A stretch of 64,000 nucleotides of DNA from an uncultured Candidatus Rokubacteria bacterium (GTDB taxonomy: Bacteria > Methylomirabilota > Methylomirabilia > Rokubacteriales > CSP1-6), in NCBI GenBank assembly GCA_963762145.1, contig CAVXJS010000014.1:128001-192000 (forward strand), in the 5' to 3' direction. This document shows positions 29,855 to 39,568 of the stretch, piece after piece (position 1 is the stretch's first letter; every line of letters starts with the position of its first letter). Both the position numbers and the translations under genes were made by a program. The notes beneath the pieces were generated by a model. That model ran no database searches and had not been told where the DNA came from. It worked only from the letters and a program-made list of their open reading frames with translations.

Positions 29855-30499
29855 ATGACCCTTCGACTGGGCGATACCGCTCCCGATTTCCAGGCCGAGA
29901 CCACCGCCGGCCCCATCGGCTTCCACGACTGGCTCGGCGAGAGCTGGGCGGTCCTCTTCTCGCACCCGCGCGACTTCACGCCGGTGTGCACCACCGAGCT
30001 CGGCTACGTGGCGCGCCTGCGGCCCGAGTTCGAGCGGCGCGGCGTCAAAGCGATCGGACTCTCGATCGATCCGGTGAATTCCCACCAGGCCTGGGTGGCC
30101 GACATCAAGGAGACGCAGGGCTACGCGGTGAACTTCCCGATCGTCGCGGACCCGGATCGGAAGGTGGCCAACCTCTACGGCATGATCCATCCCGCCCACG
30201 ACGAGGTCTACACCGTCCGCACCGTGTTCGTGATCGATCCCAGGAAGAAGATCCGCCTGTTCATCACCTATCCCCAGACTACGGGCCGCAACTTCGACGA
30301 GATCCTGCGCGTGATCGACTCGCTGCAGCTCACCGACGGCCACCGCGTCGCGACCCCGGTGAACTGGAAGCCGGGCGAGGACGTGATCATCGTGCCCGCG
30401 GTCACCGACGAGGAGGCCCGCGCGAAGTTCCCGAGGGGCTGGCGCGCGCTCAAGCCGTACCTGCGACTCACGCCCCAGCCCGAGGCGGCCAGGCGCTGA
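29855..30499 (+). CDS. 1-Cys peroxiredoxin, Prx6/LsfA-like
   Basis: LFSHPRDFTPVCTTELG, YPQTTGRNFDEILRV.DSLQL, VATPVNW; RBS AAGGAG. Confidence 0.93.
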   Translation: MTLRLGDTAPDFQAETTAGPIGFHDWLGESWAVLFSHPRDFTPVCTTELGYVARLRPEFERRGVKAIGLSIDPVNSHQAWVADIKETQGYAVNFPIVADPDRKVANLYGMIHPAHDEVYTVRTVFVIDPRKKIRLFITYPQTTGRNFDEILRVIDSLQLTDGHRVATPVNWKPGEDVIIVPAVTDEEARAKFPRGWRALKPYLRLTPQPEAARR

Positions 30500-30500
30500 C

Positions 30501-31130
30501 ATGAGCGCGTACTACCCGGTCTTCCTCGATCTCTCGGGTCGCTCCGTGCTCGTCGTGGGAGGCGGTCCGGTGGCCGAGGGGAAGGTCGAGGGCCTGCTGG
30601 CCGCCGTCGCGCACGTCACGGTGGTGAGCCCCGCCGTGACGGCGCGCCTCGCGGGCTGGGCGTCCGCCGGCTGGATCGAGCACCTCGCGCGCGCGTACCG
30701 GCCGGGAGACCTGGCCGGGCGCGGGCTCGCGCTGGTCGCCACCGACGATCCGGCGGTGACGGGTGCGGTGGCGGCGGAAGGGCGCGAGCGCGGCATCTGG
30801 GTCAACGCGGCCGACGAGCCCGCGCGCTGCGGTTTCATCCTGCCCGCGGTGATCCGGCGGGGCCGGCTGGTGGTCGCGGTCTCCACCGGCGGGGCGAGCC
30901 CGGCGGCGGCGCGGGCGATCCGGGAAGAGCTCGAGGGCTATCTCACCGAGGATCACGCCACGCTGGTCGAGATGGCCGCCGACGCGCGGGAAGATCTGCG
31001 GCGGCGGGCCGTGTCTCCCGGCGCGGTCCGGTGGCGCAGCGCGCTCGACGGCGGCCTGCGCCGGCTGATCGCCGACAAGCGCTATCGTCAGGCGCGCGCC
31101 CGGCTGGCGACGAATCTCGAGTCGGTCTGA
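30501..31130 (+). CDS. Precorrin-2 dehydrogenase/sirohydrochlorin ferrochelatase (CysG N-terminal/SirC)
   Basis: YYPVFLDL, VGGG.VA..K, VNAADEP..C.FILPA, VSTGGASP. Confidence 0.88.
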   Translation: MSAYYPVFLDLSGRSVLVVGGGPVAEGKVEGLLAAVAHVTVVSPAVTARLAGWASAGWIEHLARAYRPGDLAGRGLALVATDDPAVTGAVAAEGRERGIWVNAADEPARCGFILPAVIRRGRLVVAVSTGGASPAAARAIREELEGYLTEDHATLVEMAADAREDLRRRAVSPGAVRWRSALDGGLRRLIADKRYRQARARLATNLESV

Positions 31131-31140
31131 TGGGCGCCTG

Positions 31141-32031
31141 ATGCGCGAGGGACGTGTCTATCTCGTCGGCGCGGGCCCCGGCGACCCCGGGCTCATGACC
31201 GTGCGCGGGCTCGACGTTCTCCGGGCCGCCGACGTGGTCGTCTACGATCGCCTCGTCAACCCGGTCCTGCTCGATGAGGCGCCGGCCGCCGCGCTCCGCC
31301 TGTTTGCGGGCAAGCGCGCCGGCGGCCACTGTCTCGCCCAGGGCGAGATCAACGCCCGCCTGATCGAGCAGGCGCGCCTCGGGCGCTCGGTCGTCCGGCT
31401 CAAGGGCGGCGATCCCTTCGTGTTCGGCCGGGGCGGCGAGGAAGCCCTGGCCCTGGCGGCGGCGGGCGTCCCGTTCGAGGTGGTGCCCGGGGTGAGCGCG
31501 GCTGTCGCGGTGCCCGCCTACGCGGGCATCCCGGTGACGCATCGGGGGGTCTCCTCGTCGTTCGCGGTCGTGACCGGGCACGAGGATCCGGCCAAGAATC
31601 ACGCCGACGTCGACTGGGGCCGGCTCGCCACCGCGGTGGACACGCTCGTCGTGCTCATGGGCGCTCAGAGCCTGCCGCGCATCGCCGCGGAGCTGGTCGG
31701 CCACGGCCGCCCGCCGGACACGCCGGTGGCGCTGATCCGCTGGGGCACGACCGAGGCGCAGGACGTCAGGGTCAGCACGCTCGGCGCGGTGGTGACCGAC
31801 GTGCGCGCGGCCCGGGTTGCGCCGCCGATGCTGGTGGTCATCGGCGAGGTGGTCCGGTTGCGGGAGCGCCTCGCATGGTTCGAGGCGCACGCACACGATC
31901 TCGAAGCGCTGACGGCGGAGGCCTCTGACCCTTGGCAAAAAGCCATACGAGTCGGGAAGATCCACGCGGCCGCCCTTGGAGCATCCGGGGTCGTCTTCGG
32001 GACTCAGGCACGCAGCGCGGCAAAAATTTGA
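31141..32031 (+). CDS. cobA: Uroporphyrinogen-III C-methyltransferase
   Basis: VYLVGAGPGDPGL, RLKGGDPFVFGRGGEE, YAGIPVTHRG. Confidence 0.92.
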   Translation: MREGRVYLVGAGPGDPGLMTVRGLDVLRAADVVVYDRLVNPVLLDEAPAAALRLFAGKRAGGHCLAQGEINARLIEQARLGRSVVRLKGGDPFVFGRGGEEALALAAAGVPFEVVPGVSAAVAVPAYAGIPVTHRGVSSSFAVVTGHEDPAKNHADVDWGRLATAVDTLVVLMGAQSLPRIAAELVGHGRPPDTPVALIRWGTTEAQDVRVSTLGAVVTDVRAARVAPPMLVVIGEVVRLRERLAWFEAHAHDLEALTAEASDPWQKAIRVGKIHAAALGASGVVFGTQARSAAKI

Positions 32032-32076
32032 CTCGGCGGCCCGGCGGCGCCTAGGCTCTTGGGCACGGAGGGAGCC

Positions 32077-32364
32077 ATGAAGATGCTGCCGCTGGCCGTG
32101 CTGTTGCTGCTCGCGAGCGCCGGGATCGCGCCGGCCCAGACGAAGTCCCAGGGCCAGCTCGACCTGGAGTACAAGCAGCGGACGCCCGCCCTCCGCCCGG
32201 TGCCGCCGCGGAAGGTCGAGGAGGACACGGCGCAGGCGGTGCGAGAGCTCAGTCGCCAGCGTACGGATCGCATGCTGCGTGAGGCCGAGCCGAAGCCGCC
32301 CCGCAGGCCCGATCTCGACCGCGACGTCACGCAGGGTATCCAGAACCGCGGCCTGAACCGCTAG
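32077..32364 (+). CDS. Small secreted hypothetical protein
   Basis: Signal peptide MKMLPLAVLLLLASAGIAPA; RBS GGAGGGAG. Confidence 0.65.
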   Translation: MKMLPLAVLLLLASAGIAPAQTKSQGQLDLEYKQRTPALRPVPPRKVEEDTAQAVRELSRQRTDRMLREAEPKPPRRPDLDRDVTQGIQNRGLNR

Positions 32365-32414
32365 TCGAGGGGCGGACGGCGATAAGGCCGCCCGGCTTCC
32401 CACGTGGCTGATGG

Positions 32415-35400
32415 CTAGCGGCGCTTGCGCGCCGCTGCCCTTCCTCTGCGTGGGCGGGGCTGGGTCTCCTCCAGGATTGGGACGCCGTCGCGGTAGTTGA
32501 CGTGGTGGCCGGGCACTGCGGGAACCCTTGGGCCTGGGGTGATGATGCCGACCAGGTTGAGGGGGTCGCAGGCAGAGACGCGGACGGTCTGGCCCGAGGG
32601 CTCCTCGCGGCGGATCGCGCGCAGCGCCTCCAGGGCCTCGGGGGCGGCGAACTGCTCGCCCACGAAGCCGCCCACGATGCGGCCGCCGCGAAGATCGCCG
32701 CGCATCTCGAGCCGGCGGTAGACGCGCAGCAGATCGCGCCAGGCGGGGACGTCCGGCTCCCGCTGCAGCAGATCGCGAAAGACCACGCCGTAGCGCTTCA
32801 CGTACTGCCTCGCCTTGGCCTCGACGAGATCGTCGGCCGCCGGGGTGGCGGGGGGCAGCAGCCGGGCCCAGCGCCCGGTCCCGGGCGAGGGCCGGAGCGC
32901 GACGGGCCGGCCGGGTCGCGCGCGGCGCCGCTTCTCGCCGTGGAGCAGGCTGCGCAGGCCGGCGAAGCCGTCGCCGGTGACGAGCCCGGCGGTCACCAGC
33001 TCGCAGAGCGCTTCCTCGACCTCGATGCGGAGCCGCCGCACCGCGGTGGCGATGTCGTCCACGAAGGACGCGCCCGTGCGCTCGAGGTGCGCCAGCACGT
33101 CACGCGCGGGCCCGGACGGCTGGATCGGCGACGCTCCGGCGGGGGTCGTGGCATCCGGCGGCGCGGGCCGCGGCGCGAGGAGCCAGGCGAGATCGCGGCG
33201 GAGCAGCAGCGCCACCGGCACCGTCGCGGACAGGCGTCGGCCGGCATGTCGCGCGCTCTCGTGCAGCCCGAGCCGTCCCCACACCACCTCGCCGGAGAGA
33301 CAGAGCTCGTCGAGCCAGCCCGGCTGGTAGCCGGCCACGCGTGACGACAGGAGGTCCCGCTCCCACACCCCCGCGGCGGCCTCGAAGCCTTGCAGGCGCT
33401 CGATCACCCGCAGCAGGCCGTCGCGGCCGTGCTGCTGGGTCGCGGGCCGCGCGTGCTGCCAGGACAGGAGGAAGCGCATGAGCACCGCGGGCGACACCGG
33501 CTCGATCAGCCGGCGCAGGCCGTCGAGGGTACGCCGGTGGATGCGCGCCAGCAGCCGTCGCTCGCACCACTCGACTTGCTCGCTCGCGATCGCCTCGGGT
33601 GTGAACCGCCCGCGGAGCACGCCGCCCTCGGCCTCCACCGCGGCCAGCGCCGCGTCCACCTCACCGGGGGTGACGTCGAGCGCGGTCGCGAGCGCCGCGG
33701 TGGTGGTGGGGCCGACCAGCCCGAGCCGCGCCCGCACGAGCTCGACCAGCGCGCCGTCCCGGTCGGCCCACGCCGCGGCCCGCCGCGCCGGGGGCTCGAT
33801 CAGGTCGGGCTCGAAGCGAGCCTCCGGCCAGACGGTGGCGGCCAGGGACCGCCGCTCGGCCGGCACCCAGAAGACGTGGTCGCCGTGGGGGAGCCGGGCC
33901 GCACGACCGGCCGCGATCAGCTCGTCCAGATAGCCGGTCCACGCGCTGCCGCCCTCGCGCTCGGGCAGCGCGCCCAGGTCGAGCAGCAGATCGTGCAGCT
34001 CGTCGGCGTTGCGGAGATCGGGCCAGGCCTCGTCCACCACCGCGGTGATCGCGGCGGGGTCGAGCCGGCCGACGTCGTCGGCCACGGAGGCGGGCAGGCC
34101 GCGGCGGAGCGTGACCGCACGCGCGCGGCGCTCCTCGAGCGGCGCGTCGTCGAGGAAGGCGTAGGGATTGGCGTTCAGGATCTCGTGCGCGAAGACCGAC
34201 GGCTCGGGCGTCTCGCGGGTCACGCGCCGGATCTGCCCGGCGTGCAGCGCGGTGAGCGTGGCGCGCAGGCCCTCGATGTCCATCGCCTCGGTCAGGCAGT
34301 CGCGCAGCGTCTCCCGCACGAGCGGGTGATCCGGCACCTCGATGGGCCCCGGCGCCGCGTTGTCCTGGCAGGCGAGCTGCTCGGGGAAGACCGCGACGAG
34401 GAGATCCTCCGCCCGCATGCGCTGCAGATACGGCGGCACCTTGCGCCCGTTCTGCCAGCGCAGCAGGGCGAGCGAGCGGTTGGCGTTCCAGCGCCAGCGC
34501 GTGTTGAACATCGGCGCCTGCAGCGCGGCCTGGATCAGCAGCTCCTCGATCCCGCCCGGGTGCAGCATCTCGAACACCGCCTCGAGCGGGAAGCTGTGCT
34601 GCGGCCCGAGCGAGAGCAGGACGCCGTCGTCGGTGGCGGCGGCCTGCAGCTCGAAGTTGAAGCTGTGGCAGAGCCGCTTGCGGAGCGCCATGCCCCACGC
34701 GCGGTTGATCCGGCCGCCGAAAGGCGCGTGGACCACGAGCTGCATGCCGCCGGCTTCGTCGAAGAACCGCTCCACCACCACCGTCTCGCGGGTGGGCACC
34801 GCGCCGAGCGCGGCCTTGGCGGCGGCGATGTAGTCGCGGGCGAGCAGGGCGCCGCGCCGGTCGAGGCCGGTCTCGCGCTCGAGCCAGGCCGCCGCGCTCT
34901 CGGGGTCGTGCAGGCGATCGGCCACGCCCTGCCGCACCGCGGAGAGCTCGGCCGACAGCTCGAGGGTGCGCGCCGGCCCCTCGCCGAGCCAGAACGGAAT
35001 GGTCGAGGGCGCCCCGCCCGCGTCCTCGACGCGCACGCGGCCGCTCTCGATCCGGCGGATGCGCCAGGAGCTGTTGCCGAGCAGGATGACGTCGCCCGCC
35101 ATCGACTCGATCGCGAAGTCCTCGTCGAGCGAGCCGATCGTGGTCTCGTCGGGCTCCAGCACGACCTCGTAGCTCGCGTTGTCCGGGATCGCGCCCCCCG
35201 AGGTGAGCGCGGCCAGCCGCGCGCCGCGCCGCGCCTTGAGCCGGCGCGCCACCCCGTCGCGATGCAGGCGCGCCGCGAAGCGGCCCCGCCGCGTGGCGAT
35301 ACCCTCGGCCAGCATGTCCACGACCTCGTCGAAGTCCTCGCGGGCGAGCGTCGCGTAGGGCGCGGCACGGCGACAGAGGTCGAAGAGCCGGTCCTCGTCC

Positions 35401-36662
35401 TGCTCCTCGCACGCGCAGATCGCCACGATCTGCTGGGCGAGGACGTCGAGCGGCGCGTGGCGCAGGCTGAGCCGGTCGATCTCGCCGCGTCGGGCCGCGC
35501 GCACCAGGGCCGCGCACTCCACGAGCTGGTCGCGGGTGAGGGGGAAGAGGCGCCCCTTGGGCGTGGCGATCAGGGCGTGGCCCGAGCGGCCGACACGCTG
35601 GAGCGCGGTGGCGATCGAGCGAGGGGAGCCGATCAGGCAGGTGAGATCGACCGTGCCCACGTCGATGCCGAGCTCGAGCGACGCGGTCGCCACCACCAGC
35701 GAGAGCTCGCCCGCCTTGAGCCGCTGCTCGGCGTCGAAGCGCCGCTGCCGGCTCAGGCTGCTGTGGTGCGCGGCCACCCGCTCGGCGCCGAGGCGCTCGG
35801 CCAGATGGCGCGTCACCCGCTCGACCAGACGCCGCGTGTTGACGAACACCAGCGTCGAGCGGTGCGCCCGGGCGAGCTCGGCGACGCGATCGTAGATCTC
35901 CTCCCACTGCTCGTTGGTACAGACCGCTCCCAGCTCGTCGCCGATCACCTCGATGGCCAGGTCCATGTCGCGGCGCTGGCCCACGTTGACGATCTCGGGC
36001 AGCGGCCGCTCCGCGCCCACCAGGAGCCGCGCCGCGGTCTGGATCGGCCGCACGGTGGCCGAGAGGCCGATCCGCTGCAGGCGCTCGCCCCGCGCGGCCA
36101 CCAGCTCCGCGAGCCGCTCGAGGGACAGGGCCAGGTGCGCGCCACGCTTGTCGCCCGCCACCGCGTGAATCTCGTCCACGATCACGGTGCGCACGTCGGC
36201 GAGCCAGCGCCGACTCGACTCGGCGGTGAGCAGGATGAAGAGCGACTCGGGCGTGGTCACCATGACGTGCGGCGGCCGGCGCCCGATCAGCCGGCGCTCG
36301 TGGGCGGGCGTATCGCCGGTGCGGACCGCGGTGCGGATCTCGGGCGCGGGAAGCCCCGCCGCCCGCGCCGCCACGGCCAGCTCGGCGAGGGGCTCGTCCA
36401 GGTTGCGCCGCACGTCGTTGGAGAGCGCCTTGAGCGGCGACACGTACAGGATCGCGGTGCGGTCTGCCAGCCGGCCCTCCACCGCCTCGCGGAAGAGCCG
36501 GTCGAGGCAGGCCAGGAATGCCGCGAGAGTCTTGCCGGAGCCGGTGGGAGCGGTGAGCAGCACGTCCCGCCCCTCCGCGATGAGCGGCCAGGCGCCGGCC
36601 TGCACCGGCGTGGGCTCGGTGTAGCGGGCGCGGAACCACGACTCGACGACGGGGTGAAACAT
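32415..36662 (-). CDS. lhr: Lhr-family ATP-dependent helicase with C-terminal winged-helix/glycosylase-like domain
   Basis: APTGSGKT, YVSPLKAL..D, TTPESL, DEIH, AHH.SLS, LELGID, QRVGRSGH, GG.IPD, C-terminal RYGVVFRDL..GEQFA. Confidence 0.92.
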   Translation of the reverse strand: MFHPVVESWFRARYTEPTPVQAGAWPLIAEGRDVLLTAPTGSGKTLAAFLACLDRLFREAVEGRLADRTAILYVSPLKALSNDVRRNLDEPLAELAVAARAAGLPAPEIRTAVRTGDTPAHERRLIGRRPPHVMVTTPESLFILLTAESSRRWLADVRTVIVDEIHAVAGDKRGAHLALSLERLAELVAARGERLQRIGLSATVRPIQTAARLLVGAERPLPEIVNVGQRRDMDLAIEVIGDELGAVCTNEQWEEIYDRVAELARAHRSTLVFVNTRRLVERVTRHLAERLGAERVAAHHSSLSRQRRFDAEQRLKAGELSLVVATASLELGIDVGTVDLTCLIGSPRSIATALQRVGRSGHALIATPKGRLFPLTRDQLVECAALVRAARRGEIDRLSLRHAPLDVLAQQIVAICACEEQDEDRLFDLCRRAAPYATLAREDFDEVVDMLAEGIATRRGRFAARLHRDGVARRLKARRGARLAALTSGGAIPDNASYEVVLEPDETTIGSLDEDFAIESMAGDVILLGNSSWRIRRIESGRVRVEDAGGAPSTIPFWLGEGPARTLELSAELSAVRQGVADRLHDPESAAAWLERETGLDRRGALLARDYIAAAKAALGAVPTRETVVVERFFDEAGGMQLVVHAPFGGRINRAWGMALRKRLCHSFNFELQAAATDDGVLLSLGPQHSFPLEAVFEMLHPGGIEELLIQAALQAPMFNTRWRWNANRSLALLRWQNGRKVPPYLQRMRAEDLLVAVFPEQLACQDNAAPGPIEVPDHPLVRETLRDCLTEAMDIEGLRATLTALHAGQIRRVTRETPEPSVFAHEILNANPYAFLDDAPLEERRARAVTLRRGLPASVADDVGRLDPAAITAVVDEAWPDLRNADELHDLLLDLGALPEREGGSAWTGYLDELIAAGRAARLPHGDHVFWVPAERRSLAATVWPEARFEPDLIEPPARRAAAWADRDGALVELVRARLGLVGPTTTAALATALDVTPGEVDAALAAVEAEGGVLRGRFTPEAIASEQVEWCERRLLARIHRRTLDGLRRLIEPVSPAVLMRFLLSWQHARPATQQHGRDGLLRVIERLQGFEAAAGVWERDLLSSRVAGYQPGWLDELCLSGEVVWGRLGLHESARHAGRRLSATVPVALLLRRDLAWLLAPRPAPPDATTPAGASPIQPSGPARDVLAHLERTGASFVDDIATAVRRLRIEVEEALCELVTAGLVTGDGFAGLRSLLHGEKRRRARPGRPVALRPSPGTGRWARLLPPATPAADDLVEAKARQYVKRYGVVFRDLLQREPDVPAWRDLLRVYRRLEMRGDLRGGRIVGGFVGEQFAAPEALEALRAIRREEPSGQTVRVSACDPLNLVGIITPGPRVPAVPGHHVNYRDGVPILEETQPRPRRGRAAARKRR

Positions 36663-36811
36663 TGCATCAGTATAGTCAGATTGTCTCCGGCCCGCATTCG
36701 AGAGCGCCCGTCGACGGGTCGGCACGACGGCCACCAGACCGGCGGTCCTCAGCTCGCGGGGCATGTCCCGCCTCCGCACCCGGCCGACGCTGGTAGACTC
36801 GCACCCAGACC

Positions 36812-37837
36812 GTGAAGAAAGATCACATCGACACCCTCTGCTCACCCGAGATCCCGCGGCGTGCCTTCATGGCGGCCCTCGCGGGCGGCCTCCTCGCCGC
36901 GCCGCTCGCCGCCGAGGCGCAGCCGGCGGGGAAGGTGCCCAGGGTCGCGTATCTGAGCGCTTCCTCCGCGGCGAGCGCCACATGGGGCGTCGAAGCCTTT
37001 CGGCAAGGATTGCGCGAGCTCGGTTATATCGAGGGACGGAACATCCTGATCGAATACCGGTGGGCGGATGGGCGGTTCGACCGCCTCCCTGCCCTTGCGG
37101 CCGACCTGGCCCGTCTTGCGGTGGATGTCATTGTTGCATCGAACACGCCCGCAGCCTTGGCGGCGAGAAATGCGACGGGCACGATCCCGATCGTCCTCGT
37201 GACAAGTGGCGATCCGGTGGGATCGGGGCTCGTCGCCAGCTTGGCGCGGCCAGGCGGGAACGTCACGGGGCTGAGCCTGTTTTCGACTCTGGCGATGAGC
37301 GGAAAGCAGCTGGAGCTACTCAAACAGGCATTCCCGACAGTCAGCCATGTAGCGGTGCTCGCCAATCCCGCGAATCCGCCGACGGCTGGCCTCTTGACGG
37401 AGACCGAACTCGCGGCTCGACCGCTCGGCCTGCGGCTTCGCGTCGTGCCGGTACGAGAGCCGAAAGAATTCGATGACGCATTCGCCATGATGAAGAACGA
37501 GCGCGTCCCGGCTCTCTTGGTCATAGCCGATCCCTTGGTCAATGATCACCGAGGCCGGATCGTTGCCTTCTCGGCGACAAACCGGCTCCCCGCAATCTAC
37601 CCGTACAGGACGTTCGTGGACGCGGGGGGCCTCATGTCCTACGGCGTGGATCTCTCCGATTTGAGTCGGCGTGCTGCGACCTATGTCGACCGGATCCTCA
37701 AGGGCGCCAAGCCCGCCGAGCTGCCCATCGAGCAGCCCACCAAGTTCGAGCTGGTCATCAACCTGAAAACTGCCAAGGCGCTCGGCCTGACGATCCCGCC
37801 GTCGCTTCTGCAGCGGGCGGACCAGGTGATCGAGTGA
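36812..37837 (+). CDS. Stand-alone ABC-type substrate-binding protein
   Basis: RRAF export signal, LRELGYIEG.NI.IEYR, GLVASLARPGGNVTG, EQPTKFELVINLKTAKALGL. Confidence 0.88.
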   Translation: MKKDHIDTLCSPEIPRRAFMAALAGGLLAAPLAAEAQPAGKVPRVAYLSASSAASATWGVEAFRQGLRELGYIEGRNILIEYRWADGRFDRLPALAADLARLAVDVIVASNTPAALAARNATGTIPIVLVTSGDPVGSGLVASLARPGGNVTGLSLFSTLAMSGKQLELLKQAFPTVSHVAVLANPANPPTAGLLTETELAARPLGLRLRVVPVREPKEFDDAFAMMKNERVPALLVIADPLVNDHRGRIVAFSATNRLPAIYPYRTFVDAGGLMSYGVDLSDLSRRAATYVDRILKGAKPAELPIEQPTKFELVINLKTAKALGLTIPPSLLQRADQVIE

Positions 37838-37960
37838 GCGCCAAACACTGGTACGCGTCGAGTAACCGGTTCAGGCGACGTCGAGTGGTCAGCCGCTTTG
37901 ATGGCCACCATGCGATAGCCGTCAATCAGTGGACGGCCGCGCTCGCCGCTTCCAGAGCGG

Positions 37961-38164
37961 CTAGGGCGGCCCGGTCCAGTCCTTTCGCTCCTGCTCGCTC
38001 AGGACCCGGTGGCAGTCCGCGCAGCGGCAGGCCTTGTCCGAGCAGTTGAGTCGGTTGCCGCCCAGCTCCGTGAGCACGCCTTCACGCCGGACCAGCAGTC
38101 CGGCGCGCCGGCCAACCGGGAACCGGTCGTGTCCGTCCCTTGGACACTCCGCGCGAATCGCCAT
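37961..38164 (-). CDS. Small putative metal-binding (zinc-ribbon-like) protein
   Basis: RBS CAGGAGG before ATG; CPRDGH...CSDKACRCADC. Confidence 0.5.
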   Translation of the reverse strand: MAIRAECPRDGHDRFPVGRRAGLLVRREGVLTELGGNRLNCSDKACRCADCHRVLSEQERKDWTGPP

Positions 38165-38281
38165 CGCCCGCCCTCCTGACCGCGAGGCTACTGCGCGGCC
38201 TGCGCGTTGTCCAAGCCGTGAGAGCGACGCGCGGGACTGCTCGTCGCTCGTACCGAACGCCGGTGCGCTATGCTACCCGCC

Positions 38282-39526
38282 ATGATTCCAGGCCCGCTCG
38301 TCGCTCTGTTCGCGCTGGCGCTGGCACTGGTCGTTTCGGGCGCACCTCCGCTCGCCGAGGCCCAGCGTCCTGCGGTCAGCCGCAGCGGCATGCTCGACGG
38401 CGCGGACTACCTTATCGAGGTGCCGGCCAACTGGAACGGCGGGCTCGTCGTCTTCGCGCACGGGATCCAGCGAGGGCCGGGCAAAGGCGACGTGCGCATC
38501 CCGCCGATCGCGAGCCACATCATTCGCGAAGGTCATGCGTGGATCGCGTCCGGCTACCGGGCGCGCGAGTATCAGCCCCACCTGTTCATCGAGGACCTCG
38601 TCGCGCTCCGCGAGCTGTTCCTGAAGGAGATCGGGGCGCCGCGCTGGTCGATCATCTACGGCCAGTCCATGGGCGGCCACATGACCGTCGCGTCCCTGGA
38701 GCTGCGGCCGGGTCTCTACCAGGGCGGTCTCTCGGAATGCGGGCTCGTCGACGGCATCGGGATCGCCGACTACCTGATGGCGTACACCGCCGCGGCCGAG
38801 CTGATCTCCGGTGTGCCCATCCTCGATGTGCCCGATCGACTCGCGTTTGGACCGCATCTCGCAGGTGTCGTACGGGCGCTCGGCATGCCGGGCTCGTACA
38901 CCGCGCGCGGGCAACAGTTCGACAGCGTGGTCAAGTTCCTGATGGGTGCCGATCGGGCCGGCAACGACCTGCCGCTGCGCCTCCAGGGGCTCCAGGCGCG
39001 GTACCTCGCCAACATCATGCACCGCCCCAAGGACGTCGAGAACGACCCGAACCCGGGCCTGCGCGCGGCGAGCACCGTCCACGTCAAGTACCGGATCGAT
39101 CCTGGCCTCGGTCTCACCGAAGACGAGCTCAATGCGCGCGTCAGGCGGATCCACCCGGTGAAGGACGCCCGTTCGTCGACCGCCAACCCGGTGTATGCGG
39201 AGCCGACCGGCCGGCTCACGGTGCCCCTTCTCACCCTGCACGAGACCGGTGATGCATGGGTCCCGCTGAGCCTCGAGCAGTCGTACAAGCGCCGCACCAT
39301 GCTGGCGGGGACGGACCACCTCCTCGTGCAGCGCGTGGTACGGGCCCCGAGTCACTGTGGCGTCGACGGGGAGACGCGGCGGCAGGCGTTCGACGATCTC
39401 GTCGCGTGGATCGAGCGCGGGGTGCGACCGGATGGCGAGGACGTGCTCGCCGCCGATCTCTCACGTATCGGACTCAAGTGGACGCCCTATCTCCACGTGG
39501 AGGACCCGCTGGCCCCGCGCCGCTGA
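38282..39526 (+). CDS. Secreted alpha/beta-hydrolase-fold protein
   Basis: Signal peptide, IEVPANWNGGLVVFAHG, GQSMGG nucleophile elbow, H..GD..VP, SHC. Confidence 0.78.
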   Translation: MIPGPLVALFALALALVVSGAPPLAEAQRPAVSRSGMLDGADYLIEVPANWNGGLVVFAHGIQRGPGKGDVRIPPIASHIIREGHAWIASGYRAREYQPHLFIEDLVALRELFLKEIGAPRWSIIYGQSMGGHMTVASLELRPGLYQGGLSECGLVDGIGIADYLMAYTAAAELISGVPILDVPDRLAFGPHLAGVVRALGMPGSYTARGQQFDSVVKFLMGADRAGNDLPLRLQGLQARYLANIMHRPKDVENDPNPGLRAASTVHVKYRIDPGLGLTEDELNARVRRIHPVKDARSSTANPVYAEPTGRLTVPLLTLHETGDAWVPLSLEQSYKRRTMLAGTDHLLVQRVVRAPSHCGVDGETRRQAFDDLVAWIERGVRPDGEDVLAADLSRIGLKWTPYLHVEDPLAPRR

Positions 39527-39568
39527 CCGATTGACTAGGCCGTCACACCTCCGTAGCCTTGTCGCGTC

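Noticed and set aside
6734-30499. Additional selenoproteins among the other peroxiredoxins, TrxB and SelD
   Set aside because: All have ordinary Cys codons at the catalytic positions.
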